Below, one piece after another: positions 46,540 to 61,685 of a DNA stretch of 64,000 nt. Both the position numbers and the translations under genes were made by a program. The notes beneath the pieces were generated by a model, which saw only the letters and a program-made list of their open reading frames with translations, ran no database searches and was not told the DNA's origin. The stretch covers positions 1,792,001-1,856,000 of the forward strand of contig OZ244160.1 in NCBI GenBank assembly GCA_965216325.1, in the 5' to 3' direction. The DNA is from Coraliomargarita sp. GTDB taxonomy: Bacteria; Verrucomicrobiota; Verrucomicrobiia; Opitutales; Coraliomargaritaceae. Numbering within the stretch: the first letter of the stretch is position 1; each line of letters begins with the position of its first letter.

Positions 46540-47187
46540 TTACTTGAATGGAACTGCTGCGAACATGCGGACCTTAACGGGTTTGTTGCCTTTGGTTGCT
46601 GGTTCGAAGCGGGTGCGCTTGATGGTATTGACTACGGCTTTGCTCAGCAGGTCGGATGGAGATTCCTTCACGTTGATGCTCTCAACGATACCCTTCTCAC
46701 TGACGATGTATTCGATGCGAACGACGCCTGTGATGCGCTTGGCCTTGGCTGGTTTCTTGAACTCAACCTGAGTCTTTGGCTTTGGCGGAGAGTCCACATC
46801 GCCGAGGTCAAAAATTTCGAGTCCGCCCAGATCCTTCTGTCCAACTTCGAAGGATGGTAATGCGAAGTCGCCACCCATCGCTCCACCCGTGCCAGGTTCC
46901 AGTGCCATGTCGAGCATGTCGAGTGATAGTGGAGGAGGCGGTGTGTCGAGTTCGGGTGGTGGTTCCTCTTGCTCCGGTTCTGGTGGGGGAGGAGGCTCAT
47001 CTGGTGGTGGCGGTGGAGGCGGGGGAGCGACTGCGATTGCGTCGATTTCCTCACTTGGTGGCGGTGGCGCAGTGAAAATCTGCGACAAGGCAAGACCGAC
47101 AAAAATGAGCACACTCATCGCCAAGCCAAAGAGCGCACCGCCTACGAGGGTGCCTTTTCCTTGGGGTGGTTTGTATACGGATGACAT
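46540..47187 (-). CDS. tonB: Energy transducer TonB
   Basis: N-terminal TM, Pro-rich linker, C-terminal GVVRIEYIVSEKG...RFEPATKGNKPV. Confidence 0.9.
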   Translation of the reverse strand: MSSVYKPPQGKGTLVGGALFGLAMSVLIFVGLALSQIFTAPPPPSEEIDAIAVAPPPPPPPPDEPPPPPEPEQEEPPPELDTPPPPLSLDMLDMALEPGTGGAMGGDFALPSFEVGQKDLGGLEIFDLGDVDSPPKPKTQVEFKKPAKAKRITGVVRIEYIVSEKGIVESINVKESPSDLLSKAVVNTIKRTRFEPATKGNKPVKVRMFAAVPFK

Positions 47188-47288
47188 CTACTAAAGTGTG
47201 AAAGTTAAAAGTGGGAATGTGGGAAGGTGTTAGAATAGTTACTTTATACTTTGCTACATACACACCTTCATACGCTCGCCTTAGCGAG

Positions 47289-47687
<399 letters not shown>

Positions 47688-47734
47688 TTTACTAAAGGTT
47701 TGAAAGTGAAATGTATGAAAGTGGGAAGGTTGGC

Positions 47735-48316
47735 TTAATCGAGGTTCAGCTTGGTGAGGCTGAGGGATTCGATGCGTGCGAGTGCAGCTTCAATCGCGTG
47801 TTTACGTCGTCGGATGATGAGCGTCAGGAAGATGCCTGGTAGGGCGATGAACAGGCCGGTCTGTGTGGTGATTAGCGCTTCAGAAATACCTGCAGCGACC
47901 ACGTCGACGGTTTCGGCACCAGCGCTGGCGGAAAGACCTGCGAAGGTGGCGAGCATACCGATGACAGTTCCGAGGAGTCCCATGAGTGGAGCCGCAGCGA
48001 CGAGTGTATTCAAGAACACGAGTTGGCGCTCAATCTTGTGGAGCAGGGACTGGCGGACTTCTTCGAAACGGTAACGCACGTGCTTCGCGGCGGTAACGTT
48101 TTCCTGAGTGTAGCGAATGATCTCGCCGGCACGCCCCTCGGCTTTGGAGGGATCGTTTATCCAGTTGAGCCATGCACTCTCGTTGCAGAGCTGGACGTTG
48201 CCCTTGCGCAGGAACAGAAGTAGCTGAATGCCCATCGAGTAAATCACCACGGCCAGCAGGGCGAGTGGGATCATGACCCATCCGCCGCTAACCCAGATGT
48301 CTATGAACTTTTGCAT
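47735..48316 (-). CDS. exbB: MotA/TolQ/ExbB proton channel protein
   Basis: [34 protein letters not shown]. Confidence 0.92.
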   Translation of the reverse strand: MQKFIDIWVSGGWVMIPLALLAVVIYSMGIQLLLFLRKGNVQLCNESAWLNWINDPSKAEGRAGEIIRYTQENVTAAKHVRYRFEEVRQSLLHKIERQLVFLNTLVAAAPLMGLLGTVIGMLATFAGLSASAGAETVDVVAAGISEALITTQTGLFIALPGIFLTLIIRRRKHAIEAALARIESLSLTKLNLD

Positions 48317-48343
48317 GGGAAGTGTGGCTGCGAGTTAAGCGGC

Positions 48344-49753
48344 TTACTGTTCCTTATTCTTGTTGCCGATGACGCCGTTAATGAAGCCAACTGCAGATTG
48401 TTCCATGTCGCCGATCTTCTGGCGCGCCATGCGAGAGAGCACACCGTGTAGAATCAAAGCAGGAATCGCGACAACCAGACCAAGTGCCGTGGTCACCAAG
48501 GCTTCAGAGATACCAGAGGACAGGCTCTTTGCGTCACCGGTGCCGAAGATGGTGATCAACTGGAAGGTTTTGATCATGCCGGTCACGGTTCCGAGAAGAC
48601 CAAGGAGCGGTGCAGCTGCTGCAGTCAATGCCATGAACGGCAGGAAACGCTCAAGCTTCGGGCGAACTGCGAGGATCTTCTCGTAAAGGATTTCTTCAAG
48701 AGTGCCGCGCTTTTCGTCGGCACAAGCAACACCCTTGCGGATCAAGTCGCCACCGGCACCCGGCATGTCCGCGGCGATCTTAGCGGCTTCGTCTTGCTTG
48801 CCGCTCTCGAGAGAGCTGAGCACTTGTTGGATCTTTTCTGGCTGAGCGGTTTTGAAGCTGGTGATTTCGCCGATCTTGATGAGGCCAAGAATCAAGCAAA
48901 CACCGCCGAGGCCAAGAATGACATAACCAACGATGCCACCTTGTTGCACGCGCTCGCCGAGGCCGATGCTGCCTTGTTCGATCTTAAGCGCCTTACCTAG
49001 GGTGACGTCAGCTGGGAGCTCACCTTTGCCCGTTTCGACGAGTTGGCGAATACCTGCGGAAAACTCGACGCCTGGAACGGCAACCGCAGCTTCAGCAGCG
49101 TTGAGCTTAGTCACTGCCAGGCCTGCGAGGTCGGACTGTGACGAGGCGAAGTATACATTGGGGCCAAAGGTTGCAAACTTGCCTTCGACGATGTCGCCAT
49201 TTGGTGCGAGTGCGAGACCTTCAAACTGGTAGCCGCCGACGAGTTTTTCGAGGCGATCCAAGGCGACGCCGATGACTTCAACCTGCTTGGAGAAGCGGTC
49301 GGCTTGAGTCATGTCGGAATCTTCAAGTGCAAGCTTTGCTTCCTTGGTTGCGTCCAGGTAGAGCTGTTGCTCGGAGTAGTCGATGCGTGTTTCGAAGGAG
49401 CGAACAAACTCGTCGAGCAGGCCAGCTGCGTATTCGTTTTGAGCCTTGATACCGTCCACTTGCTCTTTGAGGCGAAGCAGACCGCTCTCAGTGTTGTCCC
49501 GCAGGTTGCGGAGGCGCTTGATTTCGTTGTCTTGCTGACGAACTTCGTCTTCAAGTTTGGAAACTTCGCGAATAAGAGGGATCTTTTCCTTAGCGATGTT
49601 TGCGCGTGTGGTGCTCAGCTCTTTGATCGCTTGGTCGAGGTCAGCCTTGGCTTGCTGCTCGGCTTGACTGAAGGATTGCGCCTGTATGCTACTGAATGGC
49701 AATGCGAGTGCCGCAGCGGTGAGCGCGAGGAGAGATTTTGCTTTAGTTTGCAT
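48344..49753 (-). CDS. Extended ExbB-like protein with a periplasmic coiled coil (TtpC-like)
   Basis: Signal peptide, coiled coil, [41 protein letters not shown]. Start at MQTKAK. Confidence 0.88.
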   Translation of the reverse strand: MQTKAKSLLALTAAALALPFSSIQAQSFSQAEQQAKADLDQAIKELSTTRANIAKEKIPLIREVSKLEDEVRQQDNEIKRLRNLRDNTESGLLRLKEQVDGIKAQNEYAAGLLDEFVRSFETRIDYSEQQLYLDATKEAKLALEDSDMTQADRFSKQVEVIGVALDRLEKLVGGYQFEGLALAPNGDIVEGKFATFGPNVYFASSQSDLAGLAVTKLNAAEAAVAVPGVEFSAGIRQLVETGKGELPADVTLGKALKIEQGSIGLGERVQQGGIVGYVILGLGGVCLILGLIKIGEITSFKTAQPEKIQQVLSSLESGKQDEAAKIAADMPGAGGDLIRKGVACADEKRGTLEEILYEKILAVRPKLERFLPFMALTAAAAPLLGLLGTVTGMIKTFQLITIFGTGDAKSLSSGISEALVTTALGLVVAIPALILHGVLSRMARQKIGDMEQSAVGFINGVIGNKNKEQ

Positions 49754-49772
49754 GGTAATGCGAAAGTTAGGC

Positions 49773-50528
49773 TTAGTTAATTCGAGCAGGGACTGGGACG
49801 AACGCAGGTTCGAGGCCTTCATAGATATTGATAAGCTGTTTGATCTGTGGACCGGCACCTGCAACTTCAGGCCAATCCCAACCTTCTGCGCTCGGAACGC
49901 CGATGCCTGCGTAATTGCCGGAGTCGTCGACATAGTAAGCCATTGCGAGGCCCCAGTAGATGGTGGTGACTTGCACGATCTTGCCTTCGCTGATTTCGCG
50001 GGACTCGCTGGTGATGGTCAGTGTGGTGTTGAACTTGTCTGTTTGGCTGAGGATACCGACGATGTTTTGCACGCGCTCACCCATTGAGAGCTTGGTGTCT
50101 TCCGGGTTGTCTGGAAGGCGACGAATGAGTGGCTTGAGCTTTTCAAGCAGTGGAAGTGGCAGAGTCTTAACGATTGCCTTCATTTGAGTTTCCAGTGCGC
50201 CGATCTGGTTAAGCACAACAGCGGAGCCTGCTTCGAGCTCATCCTTTTCTGCAGTCAACTTCGCGCGGTCTTCGGTCGCGGTCGTCGCTGTTTCTTCCAG
50301 CTCCTTGATCGCTTGGTTGAGGCGCTCGAGCTCGTTGCTCAAAAGTGTCTGTGTGTCTGTTAGGATGGATTGCTCCAGCTTCCAGTCGCTTTGCTCCTTA
50401 GAGATGAGCTGGTTCGTCTCGACCCATTGGTCGAGCACGTTGCGTGTGTTCTGGAGGTCGTCCGCGTGGGCAATCTGCATGAAGGAAGCGGCTCCGAGAG
50501 CCAGTCCGAGTAAAAGTTTTGCTTTCAT
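49773..50528 (-). CDS. DUF3450-type (TtpB-like) periplasmic coiled-coil protein
   Basis: Signal peptide and coiled coil; first gene of a ttpB-ttpC-exbB-exbD-tonB-TPR order. Confidence 0.75.
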   Translation of the reverse strand: MKAKLLLGLALGAASFMQIAHADDLQNTRNVLDQWVETNQLISKEQSDWKLEQSILTDTQTLLSNELERLNQAIKELEETATTATEDRAKLTAEKDELEAGSAVVLNQIGALETQMKAIVKTLPLPLLEKLKPLIRRLPDNPEDTKLSMGERVQNIVGILSQTDKFNTTLTITSESREISEGKIVQVTTIYWGLAMAYYVDDSGNYAGIGVPSAEGWDWPEVAGAGPQIKQLINIYEGLEPAFVPVPARIN

Positions 50529-50585
50529 AAGGTTTACTGAAAGCGACGGAACTAGCAGAAAGATTTTTAAAATGAAAGAAACCTA

Positions 50586-50614
50586 AAGTTAAGCTTCCGT
50601 GACAAATGTTACAG
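50586..50614 (-). promoter_or_regulatory. PHO-box-like repeats upstream of the Ton operon
   Basis: Minus strand reads CTGTAAC-AT-TTGTCAC-GGAA-GCTTAAC; the last two half-sites are 11 bp apart. Confidence 0.5.
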
Positions 50615-50863
50615 CGGGGTGAAGGCCTGATGCCTTATGTTAATTGCGTTTTTGCTACACGAATTTTTATGCCTCGCACTTTTGTTACGAGCAGGTTTCA
50701 TTCGAGTTACGCGGCCGTGAAACATTGCATGCGCGAGCCTTGCTTGCTTGCACCTTTCAGTTTCGATGCTCAAAGGAAGGCAACAGTTATGCAAACCTGA
50801 TGTGGCGAATATGCTTTCTACTAGCCAGCCGCAGACTAATTGAATAAAGTTGGGATACAAAAA

Positions 50864-51565
50864 ATGAGCGCAAATAATGTGAATCGCATTCTGGTCGTTG
50901 ATGATGAGCCGGATGTTACCGAGCTGCTGAAATACAAGCTGGAGCAGGAGGGCTATCAGTGTGAGGTGCTGAATGATCCGCTCGCCTTCGTCGCAGCGGT
51001 GCGCGATTTTCAACCAAACCTGATGGTTCTGGATATCATGATGCCGGAGTTGAATGGTTTGCAGCTCTGCCGGATCGCGCGCTCGGACCCTGCGATGAAA
51101 GATGTGCCGATTATTTTCCTCACTGCTCGTGGTGAAGCAGAAGATCGTGTGATGGGTTTGGAGACCGGCGCGGATGATTATGTTTCTAAGCCGTTTAACA
51201 CCAAGGAGTTGATGCTTCGGGTTGGGAAGATTCTGGAGCGAGGGTCAAAGGCTGTGGAAGTACCTGCATCTGTTCGCATGCAGATTGGAGGTGTGGTTAT
51301 TGATGAGGAGTTGCACCAGTTACTTGTTGATAATCAACAGGTTGTGTTGACTGCTACTGAATTCCGCCTGTTGAAATTACTTATGGAGCGAAAGGGGCGC
51401 GTTCAGTCTCGCGAGAATCTCTTGGTGAATGTCTGGCACTATGACACTGACATCGAGACCCGCACGGTAGACACGCACGTGCGTCGTCTTCGTGAAAAAC
51501 TGGGACCCTATGCGCATCTGATCGAGACGGTGCGTGGTGTTGGCTACCGCGCAGTCGAAATTTAG
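50864..51565 (+). CDS. phoB: OmpR/PhoB family response regulator, PhoB/PhoP-like
   Basis: LDIMMP, LTARGE, GADDYVSKPF, TEFRLL, SRENLL..VW, RTVDTHVRRLREKL, ETVRGVGY. Confidence 0.75.
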   Translation: MSANNVNRILVVDDEPDVTELLKYKLEQEGYQCEVLNDPLAFVAAVRDFQPNLMVLDIMMPELNGLQLCRIARSDPAMKDVPIIFLTARGEAEDRVMGLETGADDYVSKPFNTKELMLRVGKILERGSKAVEVPASVRMQIGGVVIDEELHQLLVDNQQVVLTATEFRLLKLLMERKGRVQSRENLLVNVWHYDTDIETRTVDTHVRRLREKLGPYAHLIETVRGVGYRAVEI

Positions 51566-51625
51566 GCTGCGTTTGTTCGGTTGCCACTGGCTTGGGAACT
51601 GTCAAATACTGCCTAAGTTAAATCG

Positions 51626-52915
51626 ATGACTGTGTTATTCGGGATAATTGCCGTTGCTGCGGTACTGTTTCTCTTGGGCTATATCCTCAAGACGCGTAAA
51701 ATGGTGCGTGATCTCAAGGATGCGGTGCAGGCGGAGCGTCGTTTGTTGCTGGAAGGGGAGTCGAGGCGACTGCAAACGCTTGGATTCTACGGATTGGTAG
51801 ATTCGATCAATAAGCTGGTAGATCGCTATAATGCCTACGCGGTTGAGAGCTCAGGGTATTCCAATCAGGTTGAGGCCATGCTCGGCTCGATTCAGGAGGC
51901 GGTGCTAATTTTTGATTCCACGCGCCGGACTATTGAGTTCGCGAACGAATCGGCCCAGCGACTGTTCCAGCATGGGCGCCTGCTAAAAGGGGCGCGGCTT
52001 GAATCCGCCTTGCGCTCTACTAGCTTGCTAGAGTTCCTCAATGCGCCACGCAATACTGAGGATACCGCGCGCAGTCAGATTACTCTGGAGCGGCGTGGTG
52101 AAGAGCTCTGGTTTGAGATTTCCTGTTCGCAGGTGCGTGGAATTGGTAATGAGGGCACTAGCTCGACCTTGCTGGTGATGCACGACATCACTCGGCTTAA
52201 GAGCCTTGAAATGGTGCGCCGAGACTTCGTGGCGAATGTCTCTCATGAGCTGCGCACGCCGCTGACGATCATCAAGGGGTTCGCGGAAACTCTCGTTGAG
52301 GACAATGCCACACTGCCGGTTGAGGCGCGTGCACGCTTCCTCGATAAAATCGTCAACAATGCGGAGCGCTTGCACGTCTTAGTAGAAGACTTGCTGACGC
52401 TGTCTCGTCTCGAGTCGAAGCCTGATCAGTTTGATCCGACTGCGCACTCGTTGCGCCAACTGTTTGAGGATACCTTGGAAAACTACAAGACGCGTTTAGA
52501 CGAGAGTTCACAGCGTATGGAGCTGGAATTTGATGAGCGGGTAGGGGACTTTGCTTTTGATCGTTTTCGCATCAATCAAGTGGTCGATAACCTGGTGGAG
52601 AATGCCTTCCGCTATGCGCCGGACTTTAGCATGCTGAAGCTTAAAGTTGATTATGAAGAGGACGAGAAGATGGTTCTCTGTTCCGTACAGGACGACGGGC
52701 CGGGGATTCCGGAGAAGGATGTAGAGCATATTTTTGAACGTTTCTATCGGGTGGATAAAGGGCGCTCGCGGGAGACTGGTGGCACGGGGCTAGGGCTTAG
52801 CATCATGAAGCATATTGTGCAATTACACGGTGGCCGCGTGTATGCGGAGAGTGCCGAAGGGGAGGGGACGATTATTCACTTCTCGCTGCCGTATCGGGCT
52901 GCGGCTGGAAAGTAG
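51626..52915 (+). CDS. phoR: Sensor histidine kinase, PhoR-like (single TM, PAS, HisKA, HATPase)
   Basis: RRDFVANVSHELRTPLT, LLTLSRLE, FERFYRVDKGRSRETGGTGLGL. Confidence 0.75.
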   Translation: MTVLFGIIAVAAVLFLLGYILKTRKMVRDLKDAVQAERRLLLEGESRRLQTLGFYGLVDSINKLVDRYNAYAVESSGYSNQVEAMLGSIQEAVLIFDSTRRTIEFANESAQRLFQHGRLLKGARLESALRSTSLLEFLNAPRNTEDTARSQITLERRGEELWFEISCSQVRGIGNEGTSSTLLVMHDITRLKSLEMVRRDFVANVSHELRTPLTIIKGFAETLVEDNATLPVEARARFLDKIVNNAERLHVLVEDLLTLSRLESKPDQFDPTAHSLRQLFEDTLENYKTRLDESSQRMELEFDERVGDFAFDRFRINQVVDNLVENAFRYAPDFSMLKLKVDYEEDEKMVLCSVQDDGPGIPEKDVEHIFERFYRVDKGRSRETGGTGLGLSIMKHIVQLHGGRVYAESAEGEGTIIHFSLPYRAAAGK

Positions 52916-53028
52916 AGCCGTGCAGTGCTTTCAGTCGCTTTAATTCAGTCCTGATCGAAAGCGGCAAGATGCTGCTTCTACTTTAGAAAACTTGACCATC
53001 GGCGAGAGGCTTGTGCATAACGCGCTCT

Positions 53029-53625
53029 ATGGAAATTACAGAAGCACACGCCCGAGAACTGGAAAAGCAGCGCATCCGTAAGGAAGAGCTGCGCGCTGAA
53101 TGTGAAGGCGTGCTCGAGGGCGTGGACCGCATACTCTTTGAAGCGGGCTGTGGTCATGGCCACTGGTTGACCGATTACGCGGAGGATACGCCGGATCAAT
53201 TCTGCATTGGGATTGACCTGATTTCGCTGCGCATCCGGAAGGGGCTCGCGAAGCGTGATAAGCGTGGTCTGAAGAATCTACATTTTATCAAGGCCGAGCT
53301 TGGTGAGTTCCTCGAAGTGCTACCGGAGCGCGTGCGCTTTGACATGACCGTGTTGCTGTTTCCGGACCCATGGCCCAAGGCGAAGCACCACCGCCGGCGT
53401 ATGGTGCAGCCGGACTTCCTGAGTGAAGTCGCCAAGCGCACGGATAAGGGCGGCACCTTCTGCTTCCGTTCCGATGATCGCCCCTACTTTGATTGGACCG
53501 TCGAACACTTGCAGGATCATCCGGAATGGGAGATCGATCCGGATGCGCAGTGGCCTTATGAGCGCGAGACCTATTTCCAGAGCCTGATGGACGAGTATTT
53601 CTCGGTGATCGCGCGTCGAGTGTAA
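53029..53625 (+). CDS. trmB: tRNA (guanine-N7)-methyltransferase
   Basis: [24 protein letters not shown]. Confidence 0.85.
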   Translation: MEITEAHARELEKQRIRKEELRAECEGVLEGVDRILFEAGCGHGHWLTDYAEDTPDQFCIGIDLISLRIRKGLAKRDKRGLKNLHFIKAELGEFLEVLPERVRFDMTVLLFPDPWPKAKHHRRRMVQPDFLSEVAKRTDKGGTFCFRSDDRPYFDWTVEHLQDHPEWEIDPDAQWPYERETYFQSLMDEYFSVIARRV

Positions 53626-53627
53626 AG

Positions 53628-53740
53628 GGTAGGGCAGCCTCGCCGAGGCTGCCGTCAGAATATTTGTTAAGTCAGTGCTTTGATTCGCAGGAGCATTTGG
53701 CTTGGTTGCCGAACGGCTGTCTCGGCGAGACAGCCCTAGC
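53628..53740. repeat. Inverted GTAG-REP pair (REPIN-like)
   Basis: GGTAGGGCAGCCTCGCCGAGGCTGCCG ... CGGCTGTCTCGGCGAGACAGCCCTAGC. Confidence 0.75.
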
Positions 53741-53741
53741 T

Positions 53742-53990
53742 TTACACTAAATCCAGCCAAGCAATCAGCACGACTTGCACGATCAGCGCTACAGCGAATA
53801 GGCTGTAGGCGAAGAGCATGAACGAATCGGTGGCGAATTTGCGCTCCCGGCGCTTGCTGCGCGGCAGCGATTTCGGCTTTGGCGCGGGGCCACCCGATTG
53901 TTGACCAAGGAAGCTTTCTTTGCGGTCGCGCAGCTGTGTGATTCGTCCCGTTAGATTCGTTGGTGAAGTCATGCTGTGGACAAGTGACAT
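53742..53990 (-). CDS. Small hypothetical protein with a C-terminal TM helix
   Basis: 82-aa ORF filling the gap; basic region followed by a hydrophobic tail; start uncertain. Confidence 0.55.
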   Translation of the reverse strand: MSLVHSMTSPTNLTGRITQLRDRKESFLGQQSGGPAPKPKSLPRSKRRERKFATDSFMLFAYSLFAVALIVQVVLIAWLDLV

Positions 53991-54162
53991 TATTTGACCG
54001 GATCTGACAAGTGTAGATCAGGTGTTGTTGGTGATAGGTGTCATAAGTTGTTCTAATCTATTCGCTTGTTTGAAAAATCCAGTGTTGACCCTGTAAGGGG
54101 ACATCTCCATCTACGTGCACTTTTCGTCACACAATTGATGAAAAAAATTCACTACCTTTCCG

Positions 54163-55017
54163 ATGTTCCAAGTGAACCGACTACTACCAACTACATTCTT
54201 CTTTCTAGGCACAGCGGCCTCTCTGCAAGCAGCAGGCGATGGTGTTAGCCCGAAGCCGTATGATCTGACTGAGTTGTTCGGCCTACCGCTTACAAACTCT
54301 ATCGCGACCACATGGGCGATCTCGATCCTACTGATCATCGCGGTCCGCCTGTTTGTTGGTAAGCCACAAATGATCCCCGGCAAAGGTCAGGCGGTGCTCG
54401 AAAGCTTGATCGACGGCCTTAAGGGTCTCCTTGAGCCAATCGTTGGTAAGAAAGCCTTCCCGATGACCTTCCCGCTCTTGATCGGGCTGTTCATCTTCAT
54501 CCTGATTCACAACTGGAGTGCTCTGATCCCAGGTGTCGGTGTTTTTGGTCACGTTGACGACCATGGTCATTTTACTTACTGGATGCGTCCAGCGAATGCT
54601 GACTTGAATGCCACACTTGGTATGGCGCTCGTGGCAATGCTCGCATGGCTCTTTATCAGCCTCAAGGTGGCGGGCCCGAAGTTCTTTATCTGGGAGCTTT
54701 TCGGTAACAAGGCCGACAAGAAGGAAACACCCGCACCGATCTACATGATGCTGATCCCGATCTTCCTCATGGTCGGTGTGATTGAAGTTGTCTCCATCTG
54801 CTTCCGTCCGGTTTCCCTTTCCTTCCGTCTGTTCGGTAACGTGTTCGGTGGCGAAAATCTTTTGGTCAGCATGACCGGTATGGCACCTTACATCGTGCCG
54901 ATCCCATTCTATTTTTATGAAGTGTTGGTTGGCGTTGTCCAAGCCCTCATCTTCACATTGCTCGTGGCTATTTACATCGGCCTGATGACCAATCACGACG
55001 AAGACCACGCGCACTAA
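54163..55017 (+). CDS. atpB: F0 ATP synthase subunit a
   Basis: [33 protein letters not shown]; signal-like N-terminal extension. Confidence 0.97.
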   Translation: MFQVNRLLPTTFFFLGTAASLQAAGDGVSPKPYDLTELFGLPLTNSIATTWAISILLIIAVRLFVGKPQMIPGKGQAVLESLIDGLKGLLEPIVGKKAFPMTFPLLIGLFIFILIHNWSALIPGVGVFGHVDDHGHFTYWMRPANADLNATLGMALVAMLAWLFISLKVAGPKFFIWELFGNKADKKETPAPIYMMLIPIFLMVGVIEVVSICFRPVSLSFRLFGNVFGGENLLVSMTGMAPYIVPIPFYFYEVLVGVVQALIFTLLVAIYIGLMTNHDEDHAH

Positions 55018-55027
55018 TCACTACACC

Positions 55028-55061
<34 letters not shown>

Positions 55062-55109
55062 GCGGCACCGAAACCAACTAAACTATAACAACCAAATAGA
55101 TATACGATC

Positions 55110-55316
55110 ATGTTCGATATCCTTGCAGAAATCACTGGTAAGATTCACGTAGCAGCAGCAGCACTTGCTGTTCCTTTCGGCATTGGCCTCATCGGCCTCA
55201 AGGCTTGTGAATCTGTAGGCCGCAACCCTGAAGCAGCAACTAAGGTGCTGGTTCAGTCCATTATCGCTATGGCGTTCGCTGAAGCGATTGTCTTCTTCGC
55301 CATCTTCCTTGGCTAA
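55110..55316 (+). CDS. atpE: F0 ATP synthase subunit c
   Basis: GRNPEA loop; essential Glu in AFAEAI. Confidence 0.95.
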   Translation: MFDILAEITGKIHVAAAALAVPFGIGLIGLKACESVGRNPEAATKVLVQSIIAMAFAEAIVFFAIFLG

Positions 55317-55393
55317 GACTGACGTCTAATGATTTTGCCGGCGCTCGATTCTGAGCGTCGGCACTTTCTTCCCTTACTACTTTCCTTTATACA

Positions 55394-56014
55394 ATGAAGG
55401 CCTTTTCCATCACACTGCTTTTCGCACTCTTTCTTCCACTTGGTTTGTTTGCAGCATCGGACCCACACGCGGCTGCCGAGGTAGCGGGTGAAGTCGCTGA
55501 GCAAAACAAGCTCACTATGATCACCGAAAAGTTCGGTGTGTCCGTGCCGACTCTTGTGGCACAGATGGTCAACTTCGTGCTGGTTGCCTTCGTTCTCTAC
55601 CGCTTCGCGGTGAAGCCAATCGCTGCGACGCTCGACGAGCGCCAACAAAAAATTTCCGAAGGTCTTCAGTATGCCGAAGAGATGAAGACCCAGCTTGCTG
55701 AAGCAGAGCGTGAGCGCGCTGCGAAGATCAAGGAAGCGGCTGCCGACGCACAACGTATTCTTGGTGAAGCTCGCGAGCAGTCCAAGGAGATGATCGAGCA
55801 GAAGACACAAGAAGCCGCAGCCCAGGCTGAGGCAATGATCCGCAAGGCGGCTGAAGCCACTGAGCTGGATCGTCAGAAGATGCTTTCTGAAGTCCGCCAA
55901 GAAGTTGCCCGCCTTGTAGTGGTTACTTCCGGCAAGGTGCTTGAGCGCGAACTCAGCGACGCTGAAAAGACTTCCTACTCCGACGCTGCTGCCAAGGAGT
56001 TGGCTGCCAACTAA
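55394..56014 (+). CDS. atpF: F0 ATP synthase subunit b
   Basis: AQMVNF...[11 protein letters not shown] followed by a coiled coil. Confidence 0.95.
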   Translation: MKAFSITLLFALFLPLGLFAASDPHAAAEVAGEVAEQNKLTMITEKFGVSVPTLVAQMVNFVLVAFVLYRFAVKPIAATLDERQQKISEGLQYAEEMKTQLAEAERERAAKIKEAAADAQRILGEAREQSKEMIEQKTQEAAAQAEAMIRKAAEATELDRQKMLSEVRQEVARLVVVTSGKVLERELSDAEKTSYSDAAAKELAAN

Positions 56015-56038
56015 TTTCTTAACGCGACGTTCACCTCG

Positions 56039-56434
56039 ATGAAACAGGACAAGAAAATCGCCAATTTCGCCAAGAAGCTCGTTGAGCTTTCTAAGGATGC
56101 CGGCGTTGTCACCGAAGCCAAGGTCAGCGAAGTGCTCGCTGGTCTGAAGCAAGTGCAACCACGCCACACCTCGAAGATCCTCAAGCAGTATCTCGTGTAT
56201 ATCCGCCGCGAAATCGCTAGCCAGACTGCCGTCGTCGCCTCTCCGGGTGCACTCAGCGCAGACGCCTTGGCTACCATCGAGGCAAACTTCAGCAAGATCT
56301 ACGACCGCCCGATCAAGGCAGTCTCCACTACAGACACTTCTCTTATCGCCGGTGTGCGCGTGCGCGTTGGTGATGACCTCTATGATGCATCGGTTGCCGG
56401 CCGCCTCAAGCGCCTCGCCGAAAGCGTTAACTAA
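56039..56434 (+). CDS. atpH: F1 ATP synthase subunit delta (short form)
   Basis: DTSLIAGVRVRVGDDLYDASV; operon position. Confidence 0.9.
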   Translation: MKQDKKIANFAKKLVELSKDAGVVTEAKVSEVLAGLKQVQPRHTSKILKQYLVYIRREIASQTAVVASPGALSADALATIEANFSKIYDRPIKAVSTTDTSLIAGVRVRVGDDLYDASVAGRLKRLAESVN

Positions 56435-56476
56435 TCACACCACCACTTTTACTACCGTCATACGTTTCCACTTCTC

Positions 56477-58021
<1,545 letters not shown>

Positions 58022-58091
58022 GTCCCTTTCTTAATTCGCAATTTCTAATTGCTCCGCCCTCTCCATTTCATTCCGTCTTAATTAAGAAATA

Positions 58092-58982
<891 letters not shown>

Positions 58983-59012
58983 ACCAAACTTTAAACTACT
59001 CACTTCTCTTAG

Positions 59013-60440
<1,428 letters not shown>

Positions 60441-60442
60441 TC

Positions 60443-60856
60443 ATGTCGCTGACACTCGAAATCATTACACCTGACGAAAAGGTCCTCTCCACTGAGGCCG
60501 ATCAGGTTGTATTGCCCACCGAATCGGGCGAAGCAGGTATCCTGACCGGACACGTGCCCATGGTCACCAAGCTCAAAGCTGGCGAGCTGCGGGTCATCAA
60601 GGGCGGCAACACTGAGTTCATCGCTGTGGACAACGGTTTCGCCAAAGTGCTCGGCAACACGATCTCTGTTCTAGTGGAAGCCGCGATCGACGTGAACGAC
60701 ATCGACCTCTCTGAAGTCGAGTCTGCCCAAGCCCGCGCGCTTGAAGCTCTCAAGCAAGCTGAGGCCGAAGGCGTCGATCCGGAAGAAGTCGAGCGCCTCG
60801 AGTCCAACGTGCAGTATCTCATTGCACAGAAGCTCGCCAAGGGCCGCCGCCGCTAA
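60443..60856 (+). CDS. atpC: F1 ATP synthase subunit epsilon
   Basis: LEIITPD, GEAGILTGHVP; last gene of the operon. Confidence 0.96.
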   Translation: MSLTLEIITPDEKVLSTEADQVVLPTESGEAGILTGHVPMVTKLKAGELRVIKGGNTEFIAVDNGFAKVLGNTISVLVEAAIDVNDIDLSEVESAQARALEALKQAEAEGVDPEEVERLESNVQYLIAQKLAKGRRR

Positions 60857-60879
60857 GCCGCGATTCCAATCTAACTTTC

Positions 60880-60916
60880 AAAGCGCGATTCCAAAACGGA
60901 GTCGCGCTTTTCTTTT
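60880..60916 (+). terminator. Terminator of the atp operon
   Basis: AAAGCGCGATTCC-AAAAC-GGAGTCGCGCTTTTCTTTT. Confidence 0.85.
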
Positions 60917-61024
60917 GTAGGGGCGCTGCTCGCGGCGCCCGCCCGATGACTGCTTGAAGGCGTAGTATACAGAAAGCTCCTCCCCTGCGAAGGGGAGGTC
61001 ATCCGCTTGCCGGATGGGAGGGGT

Positions 61025-61303
61025 AACCGACCACTCGTTGACTTTGCTCCGACGATCATTCTGAAGGCCAAAGACTTTGCGACGGAGATTACGATTCACA
61101 ACGCCCGCGCAAATGAGATGCGCACGGAAACTGCGATCTCCAACGAACACGTCACCAATAATACCGCGGTGCGCGACACTCTGGTCGAACGTGGCATAAC
61201 GCCCGAGGAACTGACCGCTGAGGAAGACGTGAAAAAGGTCGAGCGCCGCCTGAATTCTGAGGAAAAGAAAAGCCTCCGGAATCCGAAGGCCTTGGAGGGC
61301 TAG
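61025..61303 (+). pseudogene. dinD: C-terminal fragment of a DinD-like DNA-damage-inducible protein
   Basis: RPLVDFAPTIILKAKDFATEITIHN...EHVTNNTAVRDTLVERGITPEEL..EEDVKKVERRL matches the DinD C-terminus; the 5' part is replaced by a palindromic repeat. Confidence 0.75.
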
Positions 61304-61357
61304 AGCTTGTTGAGCCGCCTTTCGGCAGGCTCAAGGCTCTGAGCTAGGTCGAAGGGC
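61303..61357. repeat. Palindromic repeat of the CTTCGAC-AAGCTCAG/GAGCTTGTCGAA type
   Basis: GAGCTTGTTGA...TTTCGGCAGGCTCAAGGCTCTGAGCTAGGTCGAAGGGC. Confidence 0.5.
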
Positions 61358-61396
61358 GAGGCGTGGCTGCGCTACCCATTAATAGTCAGTCTGGAT

Positions 61397-61418
61397 TTGA
61401 CAAATAGCTAGATAGCTA
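61397..61418 (+). promoter_or_regulatory. Probable TA promoter/operator: TTGACA followed by tandem TAGCTA palindromes
   Basis: TTGACA-AA-TAGCTA-GA-TAGCTA immediately upstream of the antitoxin gene. Confidence 0.55.
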
Positions 61419-61430
61419 GATGGTAAATAT

Positions 61431-61685
61431 ATGGACATGGTGGCACTCTATGACGCAAAGAATCGGCTTTCGGAGCTCTGCAATCAGGTTACGGAGACGG
61501 GGCAACCTTGTGTCATCAGCCGGCGTGGGAAGCCATTGGTGAAACTCGTGCCGATCGAAGACGAGAACGGCACGGAGTCCGTTTGGGATACGGTTGAGGA
61601 GGCACAAGCCCGTTACGGAGATTTGGACGAAGATTTCGTGCTACCCAAGCGCGCTGAGGCACAGCGCGAAACGCCGCTCGACTGA
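61431..61685 (+). CDS. Phd/YefM family antitoxin
   Basis: LYDAKNRLSEL...GQPCVISRRGKPLVKLVP. Confidence 0.9.
   Translation: MDMVALYDAKNRLSELCNQVTETGQPCVISRRGKPLVKLVPIEDENGTESVWDTVEEAQARYGDLDEDFVLPKRAEAQRETPLD

Noticed and set aside
46920..47070. GGT/GGA low-complexity repeat
   Set aside because: Encodes the normal Pro-rich TonB linker.
54164..54179. Third parS at the atpB start (TGTTCCAAGTGAACCG)
   Set aside because: Three or more mismatches and a broken right arm.
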